64,000 nucleotides of DNA from a virus (IMGVR_UViG_3300029288_000057:1-64000), one strand, 5' to 3'. Counted from the first letter of the stretch, positions 36,585-47,138 are shown. Program-made: numbers and translations. The notes: generated from the letters alone by a model not told the origin.

Positions 36585-37535
36585 ATGCAAGAAAAAATTA
36601 TTCCTGAATCGGGGGGGAAACAAGAGGAAATATACAACTTCTCTGGCCAAATCACAGAAACTTTAATAATGCTCTTAAATAATTATATAAAATTTTATGA
36701 AGCGAAATTAAAAGATGGCGCTGAATGGCATTTTGGGGTTTCAGAAATCCCCACAGAATTCTTAAAAGAAAAAACAAACATAGGAAAGATAAAAACAGAA
36801 GTAAACTTTACCTATTCTCTGGAAAATATAATTAACGGGAAATTTGAAACTTCTAAAACTATTCTCTTAAATGATGATTCTTATGAAATAACACTTCTTC
36901 TCTCAATTAAAACACAAAATGATATAAAAACATTCTCTTATGAACTGGAGGAAATTGTTGTACACGAACTCCATCATGCATTTAGATATATAAAAACCCT
37001 TAATAAAAACTCTAAAGCAAATGCTTTGAATAAAACCAAAAACTTTACTTGGAAACAATTACAATTAACCATCCAAGATAATCCCACAATTAAAGAATTT
37101 ATGCAAATGATTTATCTTTCACTCCCCCAGGAAATAGAAGCCCGTGTCCAAGAAACCGCCACAAAACTTAAATACATAAAAAAAACAACACCCAATCAAA
37201 CTATTGAAACACTTAGACAGTTCCAACCACTTAGAGATGCAAAAAGAATGTTGAACTATTCAACAAAAGAAATTAAAAAAATAGACCCAGAAGTAATTAA
37301 ACCATTTGTTAATGCTTTTAATAAAAACCTTAAAACACTTTCTGAATATAATATAAAAAATACCACAGAATCCTTTTTTGAATATTGGGGTAAAATTATC
37401 CGAAACAAAGGAGATGTGCTATTTAAAAAAATTCTTAGATTGGTCGCTGATAAATATCAGGTTAAAAATGAAAATGTCCTTATAACAGAAATAGACGAAA
37501 AACTATTAAAGGATATTTCTGGATATGAATTTTAA
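36585..37535 (+). CDS. Putative zincin-like metallopeptidase
   Basis: VVHELHHAF (HExxH) and downstream Y...EIEAR. Confidence 0.6.
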   Translation: MQEKIIPESGGKQEEIYNFSGQITETLIMLLNNYIKFYEAKLKDGAEWHFGVSEIPTEFLKEKTNIGKIKTEVNFTYSLENIINGKFETSKTILLNDDSYEITLLLSIKTQNDIKTFSYELEEIVVHELHHAFRYIKTLNKNSKANALNKTKNFTWKQLQLTIQDNPTIKEFMQMIYLSLPQEIEARVQETATKLKYIKKTTPNQTIETLRQFQPLRDAKRMLNYSTKEIKKIDPEVIKPFVNAFNKNLKTLSEYNIKNTTESFFEYWGKIIRNKGDVLFKKILRLVADKYQVKNENVLITEIDEKLLKDISGYEF

Positions 37536-37583
37536 ATTGATTTTGATGAAAATAATAACCCAGTAAAAACTAACTTGTAAAAA

Positions 37584-37742
37584 ATGGAAGAAAAAAAAGA
37601 ATATGAACATCTAACCATATCCCTGTCCCCAGAAATTCTTAAGAAACTTGAAGAAGGGGGCTATAATAAATCTAAAATAATAAATAGACTTCTTACTGAA
37701 TATTTCGAGAAAGCCAAAGGCGAAGCCATTAATAAAAAATAA
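37584..37742 (+). CDS. 52-aa ribbon-helix-helix-like DNA-binding protein (below cutoff)
   Basis: HLTISLSPEILKKLEEGGYNKSKIINRLLTEYF; paralog of 37815..38000. Confidence 0.6.
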   Translation: MEEKKEYEHLTISLSPEILKKLEEGGYNKSKIINRLLTEYFEKAKGEAINKK

Positions 37743-37814
37743 ATATATTTTTCATTCTGGGATGATTTTTACTTTTTTCTACCTATTTATAGGAAACAGT
37801 TAAAACTTATAATT

Positions 37815-38000
37815 ATGGGACGCAAGAAAATTGAAACAGAAAAGAAAAAGGATAGGTTGTCTATAACCATTCGAAGGGAGACTTACGACCACTTTGAAGA
37901 GTTGGGTATAACCAATAAATCAAAGTTGATTGAGTGGCTCCTAAATGAGCATTTTGAACTTAATAGCGGGAGGGGTTATGGAAACGTTGAAAGTTTGTAA
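37815..38000 (+). CDS. Ribbon-helix-helix-like DNA-binding protein
   Basis: RLSITIRRETYDHFEELGITNKSKLIEWLL: beta-strand plus two helices pattern. Confidence 0.6.
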   Translation: MGRKKIETEKKKDRLSITIRRETYDHFEELGITNKSKLIEWLLNEHFELNSGRGYGNVESL

Positions 38001-38889
38001 AATATGTGGCCAGGAAAAGTTTATTGGGGACTTTGGACTTAACAAAGATTCTGAAGATGGCTTCAAAGATTATTGTAAAATATGCTGGAGTACATTAAGA
38101 GAAGATGCTAAGGAAAAGAAAAAACTATTGGAGATTGAAAAATTGAAAATAGCCGAAGAAACAGCCACCAAAAAAAAGCAAGAACAAGAGAAAATTAAAC
38201 AGGAGGAAGAATATCTTATACTTTGTGAACAAAGGGAAAAGGAAGATGCGTTAAAATGTGAACAAAGAAAAAAAGAAGATAAGTTAAAAAGAGAAAAAAT
38301 TCAGAAGGAATATGTAAAGTTTAGAAACAAACAAAAACTGATAGAAAGAAAATTAACGTTAGAAAGAAAGATGAAGCTAAATTATAAAAAGAAATGGGAA
38401 GATAAATTAAAACCTATTATTAAAGAAATAGAATTCGAATTAGAAAAAGAAAAATGTGAAATTCGTGGAATTTATAAAGCTAAAAAAGATGTTAGACATA
38501 CTGTGGGGAGATTCTTTATAAGCAAAAATTCTTCCAAGAAGAAATTAAAAAAGATTAATAAGACTGAAAAAATACTTGGATGTTCTTTTGAAGAGTTTAA
38601 GCTATATTTAACAAGCAAATTTGAGCCTTGGATGAATTGGAATAACCACGGATGCTATACAGGAAATAAATATGAGACATGGCAACTTGACCATATTGTT
38701 CCACTGACATTGGCAAAGTCTTTTGAGGATATAATTAAACTAAACCATTATACAAATTTTCAGCCTCTAGATAGTTATATTAACGTAAAAGAAAAAAGAG
38801 ATAAATTGAACTGGGGAGAGGTACCAGTTTTAAATAAAACCTTTATTAATTGTGGGGAGAATTGTGAATTAAACCAGTTACAAATATAG
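37978..38889 (+). CDS. HNH homing endonuclease with N-terminal Zn finger and coiled coil
   Basis: CKICG..F..YCKIC; LGCSFEEFKLYL..F..WMNWNNHG..WQLDHIVPL..LNHYTNFQPL..N. Confidence 0.85.
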   Translation: METLKVCKICGQEKFIGDFGLNKDSEDGFKDYCKICWSTLREDAKEKKKLLEIEKLKIAEETATKKKQEQEKIKQEEEYLILCEQREKEDALKCEQRKKEDKLKREKIQKEYVKFRNKQKLIERKLTLERKMKLNYKKKWEDKLKPIIKEIEFELEKEKCEIRGIYKAKKDVRHTVGRFFISKNSSKKKLKKINKTEKILGCSFEEFKLYLTSKFEPWMNWNNHGCYTGNKYETWQLDHIVPLTLAKSFEDIIKLNHYTNFQPLDSYINVKEKRDKLNWGEVPVLNKTFINCGENCELNQLQI

Positions 38890-39519
38890 TAATAATTCAC
38901 CACAAAACTCTATATAATTACAGGGAGAGTTTCGTGTAATAATTTATGTGAAATATTAACCTAGAATGATATGAAAGTTTTGGTATAAAACTAAGTAGTC
39001 TTCCTCCCACTTTTTACCACTTCTCAACACAAAATCTATAGTATAAAGCGCAACTAGTTGGTTCTTAGATAAGTAATTAATTGTAAAATAACAAGAAAAA
39101 TGGTAATATAGAATCTAAAAATTTACCAAACGGGAGCGGATAAGTTTTACGTGCCATTGTGTCAGAAAAACTGACACCCCCGATTTTTTTTAAATTCAGG
39201 AACATTTATATTTTTACAAAAGAATTTATGATTATTTGAGGTCAGAATTTGGGTAAACATTAAAAGGGGTCAGATTTGAGGTGGGGGAAATAAACCCCCA
39301 CCGTAAATTAAAGTTGACCGTATAAACAGAACAAAGAGATTTCCCCCCAGGAGGCCTTTAATATTTTTAATAAATTATAAAGATTTTTAACAAAGTTTTT
39401 AAGATGTAATTAATCTGATAAAAAATCCTAATCTTATATTGAGAAGAGGTCAGAAATTACCTGGGGGGATTTTATCCGCCGATGGGGTTTTAAAAGAGAA
39501 CGGGAAAAGATAAATTTAA
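38890..39519. other. Non-coding convergence point between + and - gene blocks
   Basis: No ORF >=60 aa; repeated GGTCAGA motifs and short hairpins. Confidence 0.6.
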
Positions 39520-39865
39520 TTATTCAAGAACTTCAATTTCGACGGTAACCTTCATCCTGATTTTTTTATCCTCAAAAGGTTTAATAAGTCTGTTTACGAC
39601 ATGTCCTGGAGAGAGTCTTCTTTTACCCTCATCAATATACATATCTTCTTGTCCCCCCTCGTATACGGTTCCTGTGTATTCTTCAACTACTAGATTCTTT
39701 TTCATAATGGCCATCCTTTACTTTTTCGTTTATATCTTTTTGTCTTTGTTATGCGGGTCATCCCCTTTTATTATATGCTACGTGATTTCTTCAAAAAAGT
39801 TTCACTTATTCAAAGAAAAAAAGAAATAATTTTTTTGACAGGATGGACGGGCGGAGGCGTTTGTA

Positions 39866-40030
39866 TTAGGGTTTTCTGTCCATACGTTTCAGAAGATAAT
39901 TAAGGGCATATATTCCTATAATAAGTAGAATAAGTTGCCACACAGCGAGAGAAAATACGAATACAGCCACTAGAGCAACAATGATAAAGAACATTAGCCA
40001 CAGGAGGCCATGAATAATAAAAGGTTTCAT
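39866..40030 (-). CDS. 54-aa membrane protein (below cutoff)
   Basis: MKPFIIHGLLWLMFFIIVALVAVFVFSLAVWQLILLIIGIYALNYLLKRMDRKP*; own class-2 promoter at 40051-40079. Confidence 0.7.
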   Translation of the reverse strand: MKPFIIHGLLWLMFFIIVALVAVFVFSLAVWQLILLIIGIYALNYLLKRMDRKP

Positions 40031-40050
40031 TGGATATTGGGTTTTAGATA

Positions 40051-40079
40051 TTATACGGGAAAATTGGTGAAATGTTTCA
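40051..40079 (-). promoter_or_regulatory. Class-2 promoter (minus-strand copies)
   Basis: TGAAAC-N16-CGTATAA. Variants at 39776-39804, 40202-40230, 41839-41867, 42020-42049, 42153-42182, 45913-45941, 53492-53520 and 58362-58390. Confidence 0.8.
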
Positions 40080-40247
40080 CATTTGTTGCGAGGTTATAAA
40101 AAGGCGAAACCTCGAAGGGACAAGCTCCGAGGTTTCTAAAAAACAAAGACAGAATGCAAGTTGGAGTTTGGGAGCTCCTAGATGAATTCATAGACGGTAG
40201 ATTATACGAAAGAAAATTAAAAAGGTTACAACTTTTGGTAAAAATAA

Positions 40248-40607
40248 TTATAATGCCATTTTTTCCTTGAAGGCTCCCACTTCTTTTGTTCCTTTATTTT
40301 TGTTACAATTTTTGCAGGATACGGTAAGATTAGTTTCATCATATTTGGCGCCCCCATTTGCAAGAGCTGTTATATGGTCAATGGTTGCCAGATTTGGATT
40401 TTTATTATTTTGTATTAATTCTTGAGGGGTAAGTCCCCCAACTTCCAAATGAGGTTTCCCGCAATAGGAGCAAACTAAATCTCCTTTTTGTTTCAGGATT
40501 TTCTTCAGGTATTCATCACGGAATTTGAGCCAAGTCCAGAAGCTATCTTCAACGAAGTCTACGTCCTGGTATAGGAGTTTATTTCGAAGGAGCAGGCCTG
40601 CGGCCAT
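40248..40607 (-). CDS. HNH endonuclease
   Basis: CSYCG...ATIDHITALANGG...NLTVSCKNCNKNKG. Confidence 0.9.
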   Translation of the reverse strand: MAAGLLLRNKLLYQDVDFVEDSFWTWLKFRDEYLKKILKQKGDLVCSYCGKPHLEVGGLTPQELIQNNKNPNLATIDHITALANGGAKYDETNLTVSCKNCNKNKGTKEVGAFKEKMAL

Positions 40608-41876
40608 AGATTTAATATGGGGTTTATCCGCAGTAAATATTACATTTCTTTGTTTGGTTCTTCCTGATTGAGAGCTCCTGACAATAATTGTTGTGGGGGG
40701 GGTTGGGATTATTCTTCGGTTGTTTCGTAAAAAGTTTCCAGAGCTTCATCATTCTGTTCATTAGAAGGATTTTTTTAACTCAAATAACATTTGGCGTAGC
40801 AACTGATTCCATTATCTTTCAGGACTTGGACAAAAGCTCTGGCGCAGGCTTCATATTTTTCTGCTGACTGGCCGTAATAGTCTTCGTGGTCAATAAAGAG
40901 ATTATATCCTTTATAGACGTTTTTGTTTAATCCTTTCAGGTTATTTTTCTTTGCCCATCTGACGAAGGGGGAATTTCCCCCCAATCCAGATACATAAGCT
41001 CCGCCGCATAAACCTTCAGGTTCATAATAAGACTTTCCAATGGGTTTATCATTCAGGTCGGACTCCACGAATGTGACGGGAGTTGGAACGCATTTTCTGA
41101 GTGCTTCCATACCAGCCATTTGAGCTTTGGCTAGGATTTCTTTATAGTCTTCCATTATACAATGTTTAATTTTTCCCTGATAAATTTGAGCATTTTGCTT
41201 CCGCTTTTGAAGCAGATGCAATCTTCCCTACGACTTGAAGCGGGTGGTTTCCATTTAGGCTATACACGGGACAATCTGAGTCACAAGATGCATGCACTCT
41301 ATCGCAGACTTCATAAAGTTCATTTGCGATATCTTCATCGGTTATTCTTTCACCCTTGATGAGTTTCATTAAAATATCTTCCATTGTGTTTATTTTTTAA
41401 ATTCAAATATATAAAGCAAAGATTTTAAAAAGAGGGAAATTAATCCACTGTGGCTCCAAGTTCATTAATCAAATCAAGAGCTCTATTTATATCTTCAAAG
41501 ATTTCTTCGATGCTATCCCCGTAGCTCACTCCATTAAGGAAAAATTCTGTCTCGACTCCATTTTTCTTGCCGATATATTTCACCCCCATAATAAAATCTG
41601 AGCAATTAGAATATACCACTTCATCTTTATCGGACTTTACAAGAGCTTCGGCATTGCGTACTTCCACTACAGGATGTAGTTGTTTTCCACATTTGTCCTG
41701 GATTGTTTCACCGCAATAGACTGTTATTTTTTTCATGATTATTTAATTTAAGTTTATAAAAAACCCCAAAGCCATACACTGGGAAGATGGAGTTGGGGGT
41801 TGGCGTAATATTTAGATTATGTCAAACTTTATACTATATTATACGTATTTTTTTAAAAAAGGTTCCAATAAAAAAC

Positions 41877-42012
41877 AAAAAACCCCCTCAAGTGGGGGTT
41901 TTAAGGCTGAGCCAGCGGAATAAGAATGGTTGTTCACTGATTTATTGGTAGCCACTCCAATCATATCTCATCCATTTTTTTCAGAACGGAACTATTCCGC
42001 CTCCCAGCTCGT
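41877..42012 (-). ncRNA. Candidate structured small RNA B
   Basis: Class-2 promoter 42020-42049; closing stems GCUGGG/CUCAGC and GCGGAAUA/UAUUCCGC; terminator AAAACCCCCACUUGAGGGGGUUUUUU. Confidence 0.55.
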
Positions 42013-42057
42013 GACTTATTTATACGGATAAGAGAAAGGAAAGGTTACATATAAATT

Positions 42058-42147
42058 CAAAGAGCCCCTCAAGTGGGGCTCTAAGAGATTCAGCCTGCTG
42101 GAAAATTCCACGGCGCACATGTAGCTCGCCAGCATCTAATCTGTGAA
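42058..42147 (-). ncRNA. Candidate structured small RNA A
   Basis: Class-2 promoter 42153-42182; stems AGAUUAG/CUGAAUCU and UGCUGG/CCAGCA; terminator AGAGCCCCACUUGAGGGGCUCUUU. Confidence 0.55.
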
Positions 42148-42342
42148 CTAGGTTATACGGATTTCTGTGCAAAAGAGTTGCAAAAAATCCCAGAATAAAA
42201 TTCACTCTGGGGTTTCCTGGTCAATAACAAATTAAAAAAATGAATATACAAATATACGATAAAAAATGATAGGGTGGTAGTTTTTTTAAAAAATAAACCC
42301 CAGAAAAAAATCTTCTGGGGGCAGGCCTTCGCAGCTGGTCAC

Positions 42343-42936
42343 CTATTTTTGTTTTCTTTTATTAATTTCGTCTCTGATTTCCGCAGCTTTTTCAAATTCA
42401 TCTTTATCCAGGGAGTTATTAAGAGCTACATTTAATTCTTCTAAAGAGAGTCTAGACAAATCAGTTTGTTTTTTATGCCATTCTTTTAAATCAAAACTTT
42501 TTTCCCATTGGGGAGATTTAAAGGTTTTGATTATAGAGTCCAGGTTATCGGCGAACATGGGGAATTTCTTTTTAATTTCTTCGATTTCTTCTGGGGTTGT
42601 ATCCTGGGTAATATTTATAAGGGTTGAGAACTCATCAGAATTATTTATAGCAATTGGTTTGTTTTTTTGGGGAGAGGTTCCTGATAATAAGTTGGGGAGA
42701 GATTCCACAAAGTTTGCCAGGGCTGTTATAACTTCCTGGTTAACATAAATGATTCTAATTCCCAAATAAATAACAACCCCCAGCGACAATAGAACAACTC
42801 CATTAAATATGGGGAGAGCTGTAAAAAATGAGGCTACAATTATTATGAGGCCTGCGATTGTTAAACCTAGTGCGAGAAGCCCGCAGAAGATTCCTGTCAT
42901 GAAGTCAAAAATATAGTTTGGGTTTTTTCTTTCCAT
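42343..42936 (-). CDS. Two-TM membrane protein with C-terminal UVR (UvrB/UvrC) coiled-coil motif
   Basis: Hydrophobic residues ~9-64; LEELNVALNNSLDKDEFEKAAEIRDEINKR. Confidence 0.65.
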   Translation of the reverse strand: MERKNPNYIFDFMTGIFCGLLALGLTIAGLIIIVASFFTALPIFNGVVLLSLGVVIYLGIRIIYVNQEVITALANFVESLPNLLSGTSPQKNKPIAINNSDEFSTLINITQDTTPEEIEEIKKKFPMFADNLDSIIKTFKSPQWEKSFDLKEWHKKQTDLSRLSLEELNVALNNSLDKDEFEKAAEIRDEINKRKQK

Positions 42937-44138
42937 GGGGTAAATATAGTAAAATTAAATTAACTTTCCAAGAAATCTTCATAAATATTTTCCAATTTAA
43001 GCATAATTTCTGGGGAGAAGTCTTCTGCGAAAAGGGGAATAATGTTGAGTAGTTCTTTTATGGCTGTTTCGTATTTATTTTTACTTTTATCTCTTTTTGT
43101 TATGGAGTCCAGGGAGACGAGTTCCTCATGGAGTTGGGGGTAATCTTCGTCATAACAGATTGAGAGCATTTCTTTAAATACTTCTCTGGCGTTTTTATCT
43201 GGCATATATTTTAAAAGTTTATTTTCTTTTAAATATGCCGAAAAAATTTAGAAATTTATATTTCGTCTCTATGGTAGTATGAACCGAATGCTACAACAAA
43301 AGCAAACAGTCCCATTACTCTTAGACTTAAGTGTTCTGCGGGGTTAAATATGTGAATTGTGCTTATAAAAATGGAGGAATCCAGAAATAAAACATAAGCA
43401 AGTGATGTTATTGCTGCAATGATTAAGCAGGCAGCAATTGTTATTAGGATAAAGTATACAATTCCCCCCAGGATTACTCCAAAGAATGAGCCACCAAAAT
43501 CAAAGAATTTTACTAATTTTTTCATGATTATTTTTTTTGTTTTGTTTGATAAGCCGTTCTTCGAGCTTCATTTTTCTTTGGTGTGCCGTCGGCTTTTAAT
43601 TCAGGACCTTCGTATATACAAGAAGGAAGACTTGTATTGAAATCATATTCATAACCAATATTTTCCACTCTGATGGAGCCGATGTGGTCTGTAAATATGT
43701 CTCCTTCTTTTACTGTGTTGTTCGAGTTGGCATATTCTCTGGCCAAGGCATTCTTTTTCTTTATAAATTCCTTTCCCAACTCCTCAAGCCTACTTTTATA
43801 TTCTTCTATTTCCATGGTTATACAAGTTTTGATTCATCATAATCTTCAAAAGAAATTGTGGCCTCGCATTTCTGTATTTTCCCGTTTTTGTAATATTCAA
43901 TCCAGATGTCTCCCGATTCTTCTCCTTCTCCACTCAGTTTAAATAGAACATTGGGGTGTTTCTTAGAATATTTTCTCATATCTTTTTCATGTTCATACCA
44001 TTTAATGGAGTCATCAAAGCAATTACTATACCCAGCTCCTGTTGCTTCGCTTATTTCTTTAGCGTAATCTGTAACAAAATCATTGCCTTCAATGATTTCT
44101 AATTTGTGATGTGTGTAGTATCCCATAATTAATTTATT

Positions 44139-45047
44139 TTAAAGATTATATTCTTCAATTTTTTTCTGTATAACTTTAATACAGCTGATGGTTGTATCCA
44201 ACCTGTTCAGGTTTGCCTCCATGATGAGGGAGATTTGCTGATTCAGGTCTTTTTGGAACTCTTTATATTGGGGAGACTTTCTATCCAGTGATTTCATAAA
44301 GTTGAGAGCTGCTTCGAGAATGAAGTCTTCCAAATCTTTTTCCTGTTTAATATTCTGGTATTGTTCAGCTGTATAGAATTCGAGGGATTTTTCTCCGAAC
44401 ACGTAGAAAAGAGTTTGGTCTATAGAACCTTTTCTGTTTTTTGACCAAGAAAGGGTTCTTGTATTTTTCCCCTTATCAAAAATCATTTCCAGGTGGGCAT
44501 CGAAGAGGTGTTCGATGGTATTCTTTCCCTCAAACGAACCGTCTTTATTAACGTGGCCGATAACAATCAGCACGGCGTTATTTTTATCTGTCCAAGCCCG
44601 CAGGTTCTGAATCAGGTTAAATGCTGCGGTATCTGCAGGAACATCAATAAAATCTTCTTTCAGGAGAATCTGCAGAGAATCGATAATGACAATGGATGGT
44701 TTCATATCATCCAGTTCTCTCATATAATCCTCGATGGAAGCGCACATGCTTCTGTCTACAATAAATGCATTGTGGTGGAGGATTTTATAGCGCTCCATTT
44801 GCATGACCACGCTTGAGTTTGTCATTTCACGGGAATAGAGAGAAGTTTTAATGTTTTCGAAGAATTTCTGCAGCACCACAGAGAATGTGGTTTTTCCTGC
44901 TCCAGGGGTACCTGTCAGGAATATTGCGCTTCCCCTCACGAATCCGCCCACTCCACTTATAAACTGGTCGAGAGTATCGTCTCCTGTTTTCAGGGCTTCC
45001 TCTGCCGAGTGGTCTATTTTTACATCCGAATAATTTATGCTTTTCAT
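44139..45047 (-). CDS. RadA/Sms-like RecA-fold ATPase (no Zn finger, no Lon-like domain)
   Basis: TG...LD...GG..RGS..LTGTPGAGKTT, IIDSLQ, IGHVNKDG..EGKNTIEHLFDA, KNR.G. Confidence 0.82.
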   Translation of the reverse strand: MKSINYSDVKIDHSAEEALKTGDDTLDQFISGVGGFVRGSAIFLTGTPGAGKTTFSVVLQKFFENIKTSLYSREMTNSSVVMQMERYKILHHNAFIVDRSMCASIEDYMRELDDMKPSIVIIDSLQILLKEDFIDVPADTAAFNLIQNLRAWTDKNNAVLIVIGHVNKDGSFEGKNTIEHLFDAHLEMIFDKGKNTRTLSWSKNRKGSIDQTLFYVFGEKSLEFYTAEQYQNIKQEKDLEDFILEAALNFMKSLDRKSPQYKEFQKDLNQQISLIMEANLNRLDTTISCIKVIQKKIEEYNL

Positions 45048-45400
45048 TTTTTACCTACCTTTCATCGCTCGCACCTGATTTAAATATATAAAGAAGTTTG
45101 GTTAAAAAAGAGGGAACTTTTACCAATTTTCAAATCTGATTTTATAAACTCCTTTTGGAATCTCAGAAACGACGATTTCAAAACCCGTCATACCATCTTC
45201 AAAAATTTGGTGTTTTGGAATATCAACCGTCAATTTTTCTTTTAGAAGATATTTTTCTGGGTACTTGCTACCGAAATATTCAGCGGTTTCTTTTGGCATT
45301 TCTTTTACGCTTGCTTCTGCACAAGCGATTAATACTTTTGCGTGCTTTTTATAAATTGGGTCATCTTCGGACACCATACCTATAACGCGTGTTGACATAC

Positions 45401-45544
45401 TCATAATAATTGTTTTTTAGAATTAATTTCTTCTTCAATTTCGCTTTTGTCTCTACGGACATTTCTTTTGGAAACTTTCTTGTAGATTTTATCTTTCTTC
45501 CGTCCCCTCAGCTCACCATGTTTCTTGTAAGTTTTATTGCCCAT
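45401..45544 (-). CDS. 47-aa basic protein (below cutoff)
   Basis: MGNKTYKKHGELRGRKKDKIYKKVSKRNVRRDKSEIEEEINSKKQLL*; directly downstream of the class-1 motif at 45559. Confidence 0.6.
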   Translation of the reverse strand: MGNKTYKKHGELRGRKKDKIYKKVSKRNVRRDKSEIEEEINSKKQLL

Positions 45545-45592
45545 TGTCTTTATTTAAATACATAAAGAGAATTCTAAAAAAAGAGGGAACCC

Positions 45593-45682
45593 CTAATCAT
45601 CCTCATCATCCCCATCCCCATCTAATAATACAATGAGGAATATTGGAATCCAGATGCACATAAACAATAAGAAATCTTCCAT
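45593..45682 (-). CDS. 29-aa single-TM peptide with acidic tail (below cutoff)
   Basis: MEDFLLFMCIWIPIFLIVLLDGDGDDEDD*; abuts the stop of 45684..45887. Confidence 0.5.
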   Translation of the reverse strand: MEDFLLFMCIWIPIFLIVLLDGDGDDEDD

Positions 45683-47138
45683 CTTATTCCCCATCCCCCG
45701 TATAAAAATTAATATCCACCCTGTCTGAGATTGAGTCATCAATCATCTCGATTGGCACCAATTCGAAGGTTTCGTCTTCTGGGGTTGTGATGTATCCAAA
45801 GACAGGCCTGGTTTTGTTCTTTAATTTCATGAGCTCACCAATGAGGTCTTGAACTGTCTCGATTGTTTTAATTTTTGGTGCTGCCATTTTGCGTTTTTTT
45901 AGTTATAATATATTATACGCAAATGGGGGTTAAATGTTACAAAAAAGTTAAAAATAGCAGTGTAATATATTAAACCTCATAAACCTCTGTTATTTTATAA
46001 AACCCCTTATATTCATTGAGGTCAAATTGTGTATAAAATGCCATTGATTTAAATCCAGTAACACTATTTGGTGGTGGAGAGTTTGCAATTACTTGCAACA
46101 TATTTCCAGGGGAATTGTAATCAATTTTCATTAATTCTTCGCCTGGTTCATAAGGTTTTCCATTGGAGTCTGTGTTTATAAGTTCATTACGGAATGAGGA
46201 GTATTTGGGGTCATTATCCAAAACAAGGTCTCCATCCCCAGTTTCCAAGTATTTCTTGCGAAAAAAAATTTCAAATTTCGCCTGTTCAAGGGTATCTGTC
46301 ATACAGATTAATGTCCAATCCTTGATTTTATCAATTGCTGGATTGAAATACACTGCATATTTAGGTTTAAGTTCAGTTACATCATAATCTCTCTTAGCAT
46401 ATTTCTGCAAGAGATATTGTTTTTTCTGTTGGGGAGTTAGAGCTGTCATAAAATAAAAAATTCCTTATAAATAAATATAAGGAATTTTCTAAGAATTATC
46501 AAAAATATTTAGGATGTTTTTTTAGAATCTTCATATCCCGCCTCATAAGCTTTATTTAAATAATCCCATTTTAAGGTTTCAAGAGTCATCTTCTCAGCTA
46601 AATCACTGCTATTTACATCACCTATTCCAAGTGTTTCTTTACACCAATCTGTAAAACTTTCAAGTTTTCTTTCCTCAACAGCCTCTCTATCTTGTTTCAG
46701 AGACTTGCTGAGTTCAGCAATTAGAGTTCGATAATTCGAGGATTTTTCTTTAAGTCTCGAATAATCAGGATTTGAGGGGCAGTTAGATGGAAGTTTTTCA
46801 ATTTCTATCAAGACTGTTTTAAGTCTCCTCTCGTAATCTTCGAGTAATAATTTTGTATTTTTCATTTTGTTATTTTTTAGATTAATTTTTCAGGCTTACC
46901 TCTGAACTCTTTTGAAGCATAAACACATGGTTCAGTTGGAACGATTCCGTCCATTGCTCTTCCCCAACATCCTTTGTGATAATAGTTCTTTATTATTGAG
47001 GGAGACATGTATGTTCCGAGGGCTTTGTTAATGAGTTCAACTGCTTGTTTCATTGAGTAGGCAGCAACATAAACGCTCCCATACTTATAATCCCCCGACC
47101 ACACGGTGCCGTTCCAAATCTTCAATTGCTTTCCCATG

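Noticed and set aside
39001-39025. GTGG-N6-GTGG resembling MraZ boxes on the - strand
   Set aside because: Only two repeats and no associated gene; could be chance.
41904-42012. CsrA/Rsm-sponge interpretation of GGA motifs in sRNA B
   Set aside because: Only about four GGA, two of them in stems; the paralog RNA A has just one; CsrA is not typical of Bacteroidota.
42020-42205. 61-aa ORF over candidate sRNA A
   Set aside because: Non-ATG start; crosses two promoters and a terminator.
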